Source: Nitrospirota bacterium (GTDB taxonomy: Bacteria > Nitrospirota > Thermodesulfovibrionia > Thermodesulfovibrionales > JdFR-88). Taken from it: 64,000 nucleotides of DNA. Position numbers and translations under genes: made by a program. The stretch lies in NCBI GenBank assembly GCA_021789555.1, contig JAJYJK010000001.1, positions 76,581 through 140,580 on the forward strand, in the 5' to 3' direction. Below the pieces are notes generated by a model. The model was not told the DNA's origin. It searched no databases and worked only from the letters and a program-made list of their open reading frames with translations. Positions 9,096 to 17,598 of the stretch are shown here, piece after piece (position 1 is the first letter of the stretch; each line of letters starts with the position of its first letter).

Positions 9096-10280
9096 TCATT
9101 CCGATACAATCCTTGTGATGCCGTATTTCTCTTTCCGGACCGGCAGATACCAAAGCATTCCGTCCACGGTCATGAGGAAGCCCGCCAATATGAGGAAAAA
9201 ATCCAGGAAACTGTACGGGCCCTGCCTTAAAAATTTGCTCATCGCAAAGCCCAGTCCCATGAATGATATGCCGGTCCGTATGAAGGCCAGCCCCGTCCTC
9301 GCCCTCGCATATATCGTCCGGTAGCAGCCGGCAAGAGTCCTCTGGGCGGCCAGCATGTTACGCTCCCTGGCCAGGTGCGTCCTCTCCTTGCTGGCCGGAC
9401 TGGGGGGAAGGATGGTGCTGTAATCGGTCACGAAATCCCCCAAACGGGCCAGCATCGTGCCTTTTGTTTTTTTCCCGGGCGCGCCCTCCAGGTGATATTC
9501 CTGGGTGAAATGCAGTGTCACGCCCGTCACCTCCACCAGGGTCTGCTCTCCTGGCGTGCTCATGCGGGACCTGCGCACCCTGACATAGGTGACAAACCCG
9601 CTCAAGGAAAAAACTATCCCCACGAGCAGCATCAGCGCGTAAAACGGTTTCAGCGGATGGGCCTTGATCCTCATCAGGGCATCGGAGAGGGCCACTATGC
9701 CAAGCCCCCACCTCAGAAGGGCCAACCCCGTTCTGGCCTTGGCAAGGTCGGTCCTGTAGCAGGCAAGCCTCGTCCTCCAGTGGGCCATGACATTGCGCCA
9801 GCAGGCAAGCCCCGTCCTCTCTATGCCTATGAGAAATTCGGGCCTCGCGTGCAGGTAATCCTGTATATACCACTGTATGTCCTCCGCGAGGGCGACCCTG
9901 AACTCATACATCTCGGCCGGAATTAGCTTCATCGCCTCGCTCCTCACCGTCCGGCTCTCCGGGTTAACGGCCGCGATGACAACCGTTGCCCCCGTCATCA
10001 TCACCGGGAACCACTGGCTCCTCGAGAGCACGTCGCTTTTGAGCCCCTCAAAGAGATGCGTCGGCACGGGCAGCCTCTCGTCATACTGGATGGAGCCGCA
10101 TCCGAAATGCCTTGACAGGGCGGCCAGAAGGGCCCACCTTGGAACGCCAAATTCCCTCAAGAGCACCCTTTCGACCTCGACCCCGCGGGCCCTTGCCGCG
10201 TCCCGCGCCTTCAAGAGGGCCTCCTCCGTGATGACCCCCTCTTCCACCAGGGGCACGAATTTTCTCAACTTACCGGTCAT
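9096..10280 (-). CDS. T2SSE_N/MshEN-like N-terminal domain fused to two DUF202-like membrane modules (paralog B)
   Basis: The N-terminus KFVPLVEEGVITEEALLKARD...ALLAALSRHFGCGSIQYDE is GspE-N-like. Two modules follow with heptad-spaced RT motifs (ERTHLARERNMLAAQRTLAGCYRTIYARARTGLAFIRTG), each followed by 2 TM helices. ATG 10280 (MTGKLRKF) overlaps the upstream stop by 11 nt. Confidence 0.6.
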   Translation of the reverse strand: MTGKLRKFVPLVEEGVITEEALLKARDAARARGVEVERVLLREFGVPRWALLAALSRHFGCGSIQYDERLPVPTHLFEGLKSDVLSRSQWFPVMMTGATVVIAAVNPESRTVRSEAMKLIPAEMYEFRVALAEDIQWYIQDYLHARPEFLIGIERTGLACWRNVMAHWRTRLACYRTDLAKARTGLALLRWGLGIVALSDALMRIKAHPLKPFYALMLLVGIVFSLSGFVTYVRVRRSRMSTPGEQTLVEVTGVTLHFTQEYHLEGAPGKKTKGTMLARLGDFVTDYSTILPPSPASKERTHLARERNMLAAQRTLAGCYRTIYARARTGLAFIRTGISFMGLGFAMSKFLRQGPYSFLDFFLILAGFLMTVDGMLWYLPVRKEKYGITRIVSE

Positions 10281-11928
10281 GGCTGAAGAAAACCCTCTTC
10301 CAGGAGACGCAGGGCACGCTGTAGTCGGGCGGCTGTATCTCGAAGTCCCCGAAACAATACGGGAACTGCTTTTTTTCCCTCTCGGCCGGCACAAGCCAGT
10401 AAATGCCGTCGCCGGTCAGATACAGGCCCGCGGCGATAAGGAAAAGTTCGAACCCCGCCCAGTACATGTTTCTCGTCCCGAAATAGATAAAGAGCCCCGC
10501 CCCTACCGCCGAGATGCCAAGCCCCGTCCTGATGAAGGCCATTCCAGTCCGGCAGCGGGCCATCACCGTCCTTAATCTTGCCATTATATTGCGCCTGTCG
10601 GCAAGCAGCGTGCGCTCAAGCGCAAGGCCGGTCGTGGCCCAGACGCCGGGGCGCTGCCCCCGGCAGACCGCGGGGGCGGGATGATTTTCCCCGCTGTGTT
10701 TTCCATCTCCGGAGGCAAAATGGCTGAACATCGGGAAGACGCGGTCCCATATCGTCTTCGTCCTCTCGGCCCTCTTTATGCTTTCCAGCCCGGCCTTCCC
10801 CGCCCCCCTGCCGGGCAGGTACCAGTGAAAACCCTCGGCTATCATGGCCGCGCCGGACACAATCAAACCCCAGGTGAAGATGGAGGAGGCCCATCCTCCA
10901 TGGCCGAACTGGCGCAGAAACCCTATCCCTATGCCGGAGAAGGCGACCCCCGTCCTGGTGAACGAAAGCCCCATCCTGGCCTTGGCCATCCTGGTCCGAA
11001 GAAAAGCCAGGATCGTCCTTTCCTCGGCCAGATCGGTGCGGTCGCTGGCAAGAAACCTCCGTCTTTCAACCGGGGAGAGCGAATCCCACTGTCTCCTCAG
11101 GGGGCCGGCCCCTTTTACAACGGGGCTTCTGCCGAAATTCGGGGTTTCTCCCGGATTTGAGACCTCGAGGGCTGAAAAATCATCGGGGATATCATAGGGG
11201 TGATAGGGATAAATGTCCCTTGACTGCCGCCTCGCCGGCAGGTACCACAAAAAGCCGTCCCAAACGGCCGCAATCCCCAAAAATATCAGCGGCGCCTCCA
11301 TGGCAAGCAGCCATCCCGCGCCAAAAAGCCTGAGAAACGAGACCGAGATGGTGATAAACGCCAGGCCCGTCCGCAAAAACGCGAGCCCCGTCCTGCCCTT
11401 TGCGAAGGCCGTCCTCTGGGCGGCATATGCGGAGCGCCTGTCCGCCAGATATGTCCTCACCTTGGCAAGCGGCGTCCTGCCGGCCGAGGGGGGAAAAGCC
11501 GGGTTCAAGTCCCAATTGTTTTCTATTATCCTGATCAGGTCCGGGCGCGCGGCGGCCAGAAAATTTATCTCATTTACCCCGAGGGTCTCCCGGATGCCCC
11601 GGCCCAGCTCCGGATCGTCCGGCCTGCAGGCTATGACCTCCGCCCTGCCTTCAAGGATTGAGACAGGCAGCCAGAGCTCGGCCTTCAGCCTCTCCACATC
11701 CATCCTCCGCAGGATGGACTGCGAGACCATCAGGTTCTCCTCGTATTCGACGACAGGACAGCCGAAATGCTCCGCCAGGCAGAAAAGGACTTCGTGCTTC
11801 GGCACACCGGCCTCCAGTATGGCGTCCTCCAGGCAATTGCCGTTGCCGCCGGCCTTTTCCTGAAGGTCTTCCAGGTCCCGGGGGGTCAAAAACCCCCGCC
11901 TTATGAGCCGTTCGAATCTCTGCGGCAT
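10270..11928 (-). CDS. T2SSE_N/MshEN-like N-terminal domain fused to three DUF202-like membrane modules (paralog A)
   Basis: The N-terminus is RFERLIRRGFLTPRDLEDLQEKA...VLFCLAEHFGCPVVEYEE. Three modules follow, e.g. LERTLLADRRNIMARLRTVMARCRTGMAFIRTGLGI, each followed by 2 TM helices. Confidence 0.6.
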   Translation of the reverse strand: MPQRFERLIRRGFLTPRDLEDLQEKAGGNGNCLEDAILEAGVPKHEVLFCLAEHFGCPVVEYEENLMVSQSILRRMDVERLKAELWLPVSILEGRAEVIACRPDDPELGRGIRETLGVNEINFLAAARPDLIRIIENNWDLNPAFPPSAGRTPLAKVRTYLADRRSAYAAQRTAFAKGRTGLAFLRTGLAFITISVSFLRLFGAGWLLAMEAPLIFLGIAAVWDGFLWYLPARRQSRDIYPYHPYDIPDDFSALEVSNPGETPNFGRSPVVKGAGPLRRQWDSLSPVERRRFLASDRTDLAEERTILAFLRTRMAKARMGLSFTRTGVAFSGIGIGFLRQFGHGGWASSIFTWGLIVSGAAMIAEGFHWYLPGRGAGKAGLESIKRAERTKTIWDRVFPMFSHFASGDGKHSGENHPAPAVCRGQRPGVWATTGLALERTLLADRRNIMARLRTVMARCRTGMAFIRTGLGISAVGAGLFIYFGTRNMYWAGFELFLIAAGLYLTGDGIYWLVPAEREKKQFPYCFGDFEIQPPDYSVPCVSWKRVFFSHDR

Positions 11929-11990
11929 CTTTGGCAGATAAAACCCTTATTTATTATAAGTTATAGGGGGAACTATCAGCAAATTAAATT

Positions 11991-12019
11991 TTACATTCTA
12001 TCATAATTGGAGTTACAAT
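11991..12019 (+). promoter_or_regulatory. Sigma-70-type promoter candidate for the first MFS gene
   Basis: TTACAT (11991-11996), 17-nt spacer, TACAAT (12014-12019), in the AT-rich divergent intergenic region. Confidence 0.35.
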
Positions 12020-12060
12020 AAATCTAGGATTATTGAGTGATCAAGAGGAGGGAAGCAGAC

Positions 12061-13980
12061 GTGCGCAGGCAATTGAGGTTTCCGCATCCGTATTTTTCTT
12101 CACATCCCGGCTGGAAATGGTTGATCCTGGCAACCGTGCTGATGGGGGCCGCCATGTCCGCCCTGGACGTAAGCATCGTGAATGTGGCCATGCCCACCCT
12201 GAAGACGCAATTCCATGTATCCATGCCCGTAATCGAGTGGATAACCATGGCCTATATGCTCGCGTTGACCGTCTTCCTGCCGCTGTTTGGCAGACTCTCG
12301 GACATTTACGGCAGGTCGAGACTCTACAACGCCGGTTTCCTGGTATTTGCGACGGGTTCGCTTCTCTGCGGGCTGTCGTCTTCCGCGGCGCTGCTCATCG
12401 CATCGAGGGTCGTCCAGGCAGTCGGCGCAGGGCTTCTTCAGGCCAACTCGATCGCCCTTGTTGTGCAGGCCTTCCCGGCAAAAGAGAGGGGCAAGGCAAT
12501 CGGCATCCAGGGCGCCGTTCAGGCGATCTCGATGGCGTTGGGTCCCTTCGTGGGCGGTCTTCTTATCTCCACAATAAGCTGGCGCGCGATCTTTTTCCTC
12601 AATATCCCCATAGGCGTCATGGGCATTATAGCCGGTATCCTTGTGCTGCCTGCCGATGAAAGGTCCGCCGCGAAGGAAAAAGTGGATTATTCGGGGGCCA
12701 TTTTACTTGCCTCCGGTCTGGGCTTCCTGATGCTTGCGATAAACGAGGTCGTGAAACTCGGCTGGGGCTCGGGCACGATCCTGGCCTATTTCCTCTCTTC
12801 GCTTGTGCTCCTTGGCCTTTTCATAATGCGGGAGCTGAAGGCCGCAAACCCGCTCATCGATTTGAAGCTCCTGAAAAATTCCTCGTTCCTCCTGGGCAAT
12901 CTCAGCAGCATGTTCTCCTATTACGTCCTCTTTGCGATGCTGTTTCTCATGCCCTTCTACCTGGAAAAGGCGCTGGGCTACGGGGTGGAGCTTACCGGCT
13001 TTCTGCTGACGCCGCTCCTGCTTGCGATGGCGGTTGTGGCCCCTTTTTCCGGCCACATGTCGAGCAAATACGGGGCAAGGATAATGACCACCCTGGGCAT
13101 GCTCGTCTCGGCCACGGCCTGCCTTTTTCTGCTTCTGGGCGAGTCCTCCGGGATACCCGCGCTGGTAGGCGTGATGATATTTCTTGGCGTAGGGATGGGT
13201 CTCTTTACGCCCTCCAATAATAACGCGGTGATGGCGGCCGCCCCCAGGGACAAACTAAGCGTTGCCGGCGGGATATTGAACATGATGCGTTCCCTGGGGC
13301 TCATCTTCGGCGTGAACATCTCCGGGATGATATTCACCGGCCTGGAGCACCGGTACCTGACCGAAAAGGGGTTCCCCAACGCGCAGCATGTCTTCAGCAA
13401 CCTGAGCATCCCCGCAGGGATAAAAGACAACGCGTTTTTGCACGGTTTCGTGGTTGTGCTGCTGGTGCTGGTGCTGCTGAACCTCCTTTCCTTCATCTTT
13501 TCAGCGGCCAAGAAAGGCGGCCCTTCAGGCGTAATAGACGATGAGATCACGCCGGTTGTCATATCCTCGGGCTTCCTCACCGGGCTTACACGCGAGATGG
13601 AGGGAAAGGCCGTATATGTGGCCCTTCTTCTGTTTGTCGGGTTTATGGGCACGTTTGCCACTGAGCAGCTCAGGCGGGAGGGTTTCCGTCCGGCCTCAGG
13701 CGACGTCCAGAGCTGTTATCTCTCTCCTTCTGAAACCGGCATCCCCGCCAAAACCCCGGAGTCGGAAGCGGCAAAAAGACTGGCCCTGGTATATTACGCC
13801 GACAAATACGGCGACAAGGATGTATCGGTCGAGGTCAGGGCGGCCGGCGACCATATGGAGGCCCTGCTGTTCAAGGATGAAGCGCTCGTCAAAAAACTGG
13901 AGATACGCGGCAACTCCGTAATGGAAGCGAAAACCGGCCTGCGCGACACATTGTATGATTTCTTTGTGCTTGTCAATTAG
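12061..13980 (+). CDS. MFS transporter, DHA2 (EmrB/QacA-like, 14-TM) family, with an extra C-terminal TM and a ~95-aa soluble extension
   Basis: Paralogous to the next gene from FPHPYFSS onward. LPLFGRLSDIYGRSRLY is the MFS motif A region. GTG 12061 follows AGGAGG (12046-12051) and aligns with the paralog N-terminus; the track start at 12037 is also possible. Confidence 0.8.
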   Translation: MRRQLRFPHPYFSSHPGWKWLILATVLMGAAMSALDVSIVNVAMPTLKTQFHVSMPVIEWITMAYMLALTVFLPLFGRLSDIYGRSRLYNAGFLVFATGSLLCGLSSSAALLIASRVVQAVGAGLLQANSIALVVQAFPAKERGKAIGIQGAVQAISMALGPFVGGLLISTISWRAIFFLNIPIGVMGIIAGILVLPADERSAAKEKVDYSGAILLASGLGFLMLAINEVVKLGWGSGTILAYFLSSLVLLGLFIMRELKAANPLIDLKLLKNSSFLLGNLSSMFSYYVLFAMLFLMPFYLEKALGYGVELTGFLLTPLLLAMAVVAPFSGHMSSKYGARIMTTLGMLVSATACLFLLLGESSGIPALVGVMIFLGVGMGLFTPSNNNAVMAAAPRDKLSVAGGILNMMRSLGLIFGVNISGMIFTGLEHRYLTEKGFPNAQHVFSNLSIPAGIKDNAFLHGFVVVLLVLVLLNLLSFIFSAAKKGGPSGVIDDEITPVVISSGFLTGLTREMEGKAVYVALLLFVGFMGTFATEQLRREGFRPASGDVQSCYLSPSETGIPAKTPESEAAKRLALVYYADKYGDKDVSVEVRAAGDHMEALLFKDEALVKKLEIRGNSVMEAKTGLRDTLYDFFVLVN

Positions 13981-13999
13981 AACTATCAGAGTGTATAAT
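13970..13999 (+). promoter_or_regulatory. Sigma-70-type promoter candidate for the second MFS gene
   Basis: TTGTCA (13970-13975), 18-nt spacer, TATAAT (13994-13999), overlapping the stop of the first MFS gene. Confidence 0.35.
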
Positions 14000-14043
14000 A
14001 ATTCATTTTTCCGGTTGAAATTGCTAAGGAGGCATCATAGAAA

Positions 14044-15555
14044 ATGAGTAGAAAGTTTCAGTTTCCTCACCCTTATTTCTCTTCAAAGCCAAGCTGGAAA
14101 TGGTTCATCCTGGTCAACGTCCTGATCGGCGCGACCATGTCGGCCCTCGATGTAAGCATCGTGAACATCGCGATGCCTACGCTTAAGAACGATTTCAACG
14201 TCTCGCTGGCGGTAATCGAATGGGTCGCGATGGCCTACATGCTCACGCTCACGATCTTCCTGCCGCTCTTCGGAAGGCTGGCGGACATGTACGGCCGCTC
14301 CAAGCTCTATAATACCGGGTTCATCATCTTCTCGGTCGGCTCTCTCTTTTGCGGCATGGCCCCTTCGGCGGCGTTCCTGATCGGCGCTCGCGCCCTTCAG
14401 GCGGTGGGGGCCGGGCTCCTGCAGGCAAATTCCGTGGCGATAATAACCGCGGCGTTCCCTTCCTATGAAAGGGGCAAGGCCATCGGCATCCAGGGGGCCG
14501 TGCAGGCTGTCGCAATGTCCATCGGCCCGTTCGTGGGCGGCGTGCTCATAGCCGCGGTGGGATGGCGCGCCATATTCTACGTGAACCTGCCGATAGGCGC
14601 CCTGGGCACAATAGCCGGCCTCCTCATTCTGCCCCGCGACAAGAAGAAGGAGCAGAAAGAGACCGTGGATTACTTCGGGACCGCCTTTTTCTCCTCCGGG
14701 CTCCTCTTCCTCGTGCTGGCCTTCAACGAGGGGGCAAAGCTGGGCTGGACTTCCCACACGATCGTCCTCTACTTCACCCTTGCGGTCGCCTTACTGAGCC
14801 TCTTCGTAATTACGGAACTGAAGGTCAAATATCCCCTTATAGACCTGAAGATGTTCAAGAACTTCACGTTCTCCGCGGGCAATCTGACCGGCATGATGTC
14901 CTATTACGTGCTGTTCGCGATAATGTTCCTGATGCCTTTCTACCTGGAAAGGGTGGTCGGCTACAGCGTAGCGCTCACGGGCAGCCTGCTTACTCCGATC
15001 CCGCTTGCCATGGCGTTCGTGGCCCCCTGGGCCGGCAGTGTGTCGGACAGGCGCGGCCCAAGGCTGATGACCACGAGCGGCATGCTGATCTCCGCCCTGT
15101 CCTGTTTCCTGCTGATGCTCCTGGGGGAGTCCTCCCATCTTGTTTCCCTGGTGGGCATCCTGATCATGCTTGGCATAGGGATGGGGCTCTTCACACCGCC
15201 CAATAACAGCGCCATAATGGGTGCCGCCCCCAAGGACAAACTGAGCGTGGCCGGCGGCATCCTGAACATGATGCGTTCCCTGGGGCTCATATTCGGCGTC
15301 GATATCTCGGGCGTCATATTCACCACCCTGGAGCACAGATACGTGGCCGAAAACGGATATCCGAACGCCCGCCATATATTCCGCAGCCACAACATGCCTG
15401 TCCCTGTTAAGGTGAACGCCTTCATGAAAGGCTTCCTGGTTGTGCTGGGCGTGCTTATAGCGCTGAACCTGGTCTCCGCGTTCCTGTCCGTCCTGAGAAA
15501 CGACAAGATAGATAAAGAGGCCGCCGAGGCTGCAAAGGAATTCGAAGGGGCCTAA
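14044..15555 (+). CDS. MFS transporter, DHA2 (EmrB/QacA-like) family
   Basis: A 14-TM pattern, LPLFGRLADMYGRSKLY, and high identity to the upstream paralog. AAGGAGG lies 9 nt upstream of the ATG. Confidence 0.85.
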   Translation: MSRKFQFPHPYFSSKPSWKWFILVNVLIGATMSALDVSIVNIAMPTLKNDFNVSLAVIEWVAMAYMLTLTIFLPLFGRLADMYGRSKLYNTGFIIFSVGSLFCGMAPSAAFLIGARALQAVGAGLLQANSVAIITAAFPSYERGKAIGIQGAVQAVAMSIGPFVGGVLIAAVGWRAIFYVNLPIGALGTIAGLLILPRDKKKEQKETVDYFGTAFFSSGLLFLVLAFNEGAKLGWTSHTIVLYFTLAVALLSLFVITELKVKYPLIDLKMFKNFTFSAGNLTGMMSYYVLFAIMFLMPFYLERVVGYSVALTGSLLTPIPLAMAFVAPWAGSVSDRRGPRLMTTSGMLISALSCFLLMLLGESSHLVSLVGILIMLGIGMGLFTPPNNSAIMGAAPKDKLSVAGGILNMMRSLGLIFGVDISGVIFTTLEHRYVAENGYPNARHIFRSHNMPVPVKVNAFMKGFLVVLGVLIALNLVSAFLSVLRNDKIDKEAAEAAKEFEGA

Positions 15556-15615
15556 AGAAATATTCTATAGGGAAACCCCACAGCAGAGACTGTGGTGTAT
15601 TGAAAAATTAATAAG

Positions 15616-15650
15616 AAACCCCGCGGACACCAAGCCGCGGGGTTTTTTTT
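15616..15650 (+). terminator. Rho-independent terminator of the MFS pair
   Basis: CCCCGCGG / CCGCGGGG 8-bp stem (15619-15626 / 15635-15642), 8-nt loop, then T8 (15643-15650). Confidence 0.8.
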
Positions 15651-15698
15651 GGCGCGTTTATCCGGCATCCATTTTAAACAATGATCGTGAGGCAGGTC

Positions 15699-16235
15699 CT
15701 AATCGATGGCGGGGTTTTCAGTCTCCGATATGTCGAATTCATAGCCGAATTCCGTCCCGGCCTTTGACAGAAACTGGCATATCTCGTCCCGCCCGGCCGG
15801 CTTCTCGAAGAAAATCCGGGTGATCCCGTGCCCCGTTTCCACAAGCAGATGATATTTGGCCCGGAACACCCCGACCAGCAGAAACAGACCCGTCCCCAGC
15901 ATCACCCAAAAGCCGACCGGGATCAGCGGGATAACGAAACCGTCGGGGTCCGTGTCCGCGTCGAGACGGAGCCCCGTCAGGCTCGAAACCAGGATTATAA
16001 ATTCGCCGATGACTCCGAGCATTACCATGGTGAAACCGGAGAGAAAATGGCAAAACGGGCGTTTCACCCCCGTGTCGCGGCAGAGCTTCAGTTTAATTAT
16101 CCGTTCCCTCGGGATCGTCTTGACGGGCTTTCCGCGCCGCAGCCGGCTGATCGAATTGGGCGAAATCATCACCCCGGAACATCTGAGATGCCCGCTTCCG
16201 CTTTCCTGCCCCCCATATGCGGAAGTCTCACTCAT
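15699..16235 (-). CDS. Hypothetical membrane protein (2 predicted TM helices)
   Basis: Open frame with two hydrophobic helices (FLSGFTMVMLGVIGEFIILV, VIPLIPVGFWVMLGTGLFLLVGVF). No family recognised. An extended -10 (TGATATAAT) ends 7 nt before ATG 16235. Confidence 0.5.
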   Translation of the reverse strand: MSETSAYGGQESGSGHLRCSGVMISPNSISRLRRGKPVKTIPRERIIKLKLCRDTGVKRPFCHFLSGFTMVMLGVIGEFIILVSSLTGLRLDADTDPDGFVIPLIPVGFWVMLGTGLFLLVGVFRAKYHLLVETGHGITRIFFEKPAGRDEICQFLSKAGTEFGYEFDISETENPAID

Positions 16236-16241
16236 AAAAAA

Positions 16242-16250
16242 ATTATATCA
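16242..16250 (-). promoter_or_regulatory. Extended -10 element positioned for a leaderless transcript of the 15699-16235 gene
   Basis: Minus strand reads TGATATAAT-TTTTTT-ATG, with no SD between the -10 and the ATG. Confidence 0.35.
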
Positions 16251-16269
16251 TTAGCACCATAAGGAAAGA

Positions 16270-16301
16270 CACCAAAAACCCCAAGCCGTGGAAAACACGG
16301 C
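16270..16301 (-). terminator. Hairpin plus U-rich tail, candidate terminator of the PilZ-REC transcript
   Basis: Minus strand reads GCCGUG-UUUUC-CACGGC followed by UUGGGGUUUUUGG. Confidence 0.45.
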
Positions 16302-16544
16302 CCGAAATTGCATAACCGGACGGGATAGGCAACGCCGGCGCCGTTTTTTGTATTTTCCATAATACCATGATATCAGCCCGCCCCCGTAATGGGAATCGGA
16401 AATACTTCCTATACCGGGGGGGAAAAACTCCTAGGCCTGCCGCCAAAAAACTCCCTTGGGCCGGGTAAAGCATCGGGAAACCGGGGGGAATACGCCCGCT
16501 ATCTATTTGAAAAACAAGAAAATAAGGTGATGATGGCGCCTTTT

Positions 16545-17414
16545 TTATTTTATGCCGAAAAAATCCCTGATCCTCTCGAGCACGGACTCCGGGTTTCCCG
16601 ACTTGATGATATGGTCATCAACCCCGTGCTGAATGGCCATATGCGCCGTTTCCCTGTCGCCGTCCGTGACCAGAAAAACCGGCACGCCGCCCATGTCGCG
16701 GGAGCTTTTGAGCTTCTTTAATATCTGCCAGCCGCAGTCCAGCCCAGCCGGCCCGCAAAAATCCATCAAAACAAGGTCGGGCTTTATCCCGAGGGCCAGC
16801 TCCTCGGCCTTGGGACCCCCGTCCGCGTATGCCTCGAAATCCGCTCCGGAAAAAATGGCGCTGTAGCTCTCACGTCCTGAAGCGCTGGGGTCTATTATCA
16901 GTATCTTTTTCTTTTCGGCGGCGTCCGCGCCTCCCCGGGGCAGCTCCCGCGGGGCCATTGCCCCCTTCCGGGTCGCCTGGGACTCCATGAGCCAGTTATA
17001 AAGCCCGCCGGTCTGCCTGTATTCGAAGGCCTTTTCTTCCGGCCATTTCGAGGTGTCATGCCCAAGCAGCTCCACCTGCCTCTGATGGACATACCTGGCA
17101 AGCCTTTTCTGCTCCGGCTCGTTCCTGAGGAACTCTATTCCCCTCAGGCTCCCATACGTAAACCTGACTATGCCCGAAAGCTCGCAGACGCCCTGCCGGG
17201 GCAGAAAAATCCGTATCTGTTCGATCAGTGTGCCCGACGGAAGAAGGCCGTCCCGGCCGGCAACGGCGTCGCTGATCTGTATCATGACGCCCCCGATGCT
17301 TATATTTCTCACCTTGATGAAAGGGGCCATGCCTTTCAGCTCTTCCTGCATGAATGAAACTTTCACAGGATCGGCGCCCGAGGGGGGCACCCTCAGGTAA
17401 TCTCTTTTCTTCAC
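16545..17414 (-). CDS. PilZ domain - receiver domain hybrid protein (candidate c-di-GMP-responsive stator regulator)
   Basis: The N-terminus has the PilZ signatures RDYLR (RxxxR) and NISIGG (D/NxSxxG). The C-terminal REC has ILIID, LVLMDF, FLVTD and IIKS. GTG 17414 is preceded by GGAGGG. Confidence 0.75.
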   Translation of the reverse strand: MKKRDYLRVPPSGADPVKVSFMQEELKGMAPFIKVRNISIGGVMIQISDAVAGRDGLLPSGTLIEQIRIFLPRQGVCELSGIVRFTYGSLRGIEFLRNEPEQKRLARYVHQRQVELLGHDTSKWPEEKAFEYRQTGGLYNWLMESQATRKGAMAPRELPRGGADAAEKKKILIIDPSASGRESYSAIFSGADFEAYADGGPKAEELALGIKPDLVLMDFCGPAGLDCGWQILKKLKSSRDMGGVPVFLVTDGDRETAHMAIQHGVDDHIIKSGNPESVLERIRDFFGIK

Positions 17415-17598
17415 TCTACCCTCCGGGACCGAAACTCAATAACGACGGCCGCCTGTCCTCTCCGCAGGCGCACGGCCGGGCGCCCCTTCACCCGGCGCAT
17501 ATGTTGCCGCAAAAAACCCCGTAGTTTACTATACCAGAAGCAGGCCGGTTTGTATAAAAAGCCTGCTTTTTTCCGGGTCCGGCGCTGTTTCCGCGGCC

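Noticed and set aside
9071-9110. Direct repeat TCGGAATGAG(G/A)GGCG x2 (minus strand), spaced 20 nt, at the stop codon of the MshEN-DUF202 paralog B.
   Set aside because: Only two short copies, one of them inside coding sequence. No dyad symmetry or promoter context, so a chance repeat cannot be distinguished from a regulatory site.
11971-13989. Shared 9-mer AACTATCAG upstream of both MFS genes (11971-11979 and 13981-13989), considered as a common operator.
   Set aside because: It sits at different positions relative to the two predicted promoters: upstream of the -35 in one case and inside the spacer in the other. It is not palindromic and has a single occurrence each.
16243-16544. 76-aa minus-strand ORF (16243-16473) and the 245-bp stretch after the PilZ-REC stop, examined for a small gene, a c-di-GMP riboswitch or an sRNA.
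   Set aside because: The ORF runs through the terminator hairpin and the -10 element, has no SD and has an implausible composition. I could not recognise GEMM-type or other riboswitch features by eye, so it is left unassigned.
17538-17572. Hairpin AAGCAGGC-N15-GCCTGCTT followed by T6 on the plus strand in the motB / PilZ-REC spacer, considered as a motB terminator or an antisense sRNA terminator.
   Set aside because: The U-tract is on the wrong strand for motB. No plus-strand gene or convincing plus-strand transcript precedes it, and the loop is long. It may simply overlap the PilZ-REC promoter region (TGGTATAGT at 17528-17536).
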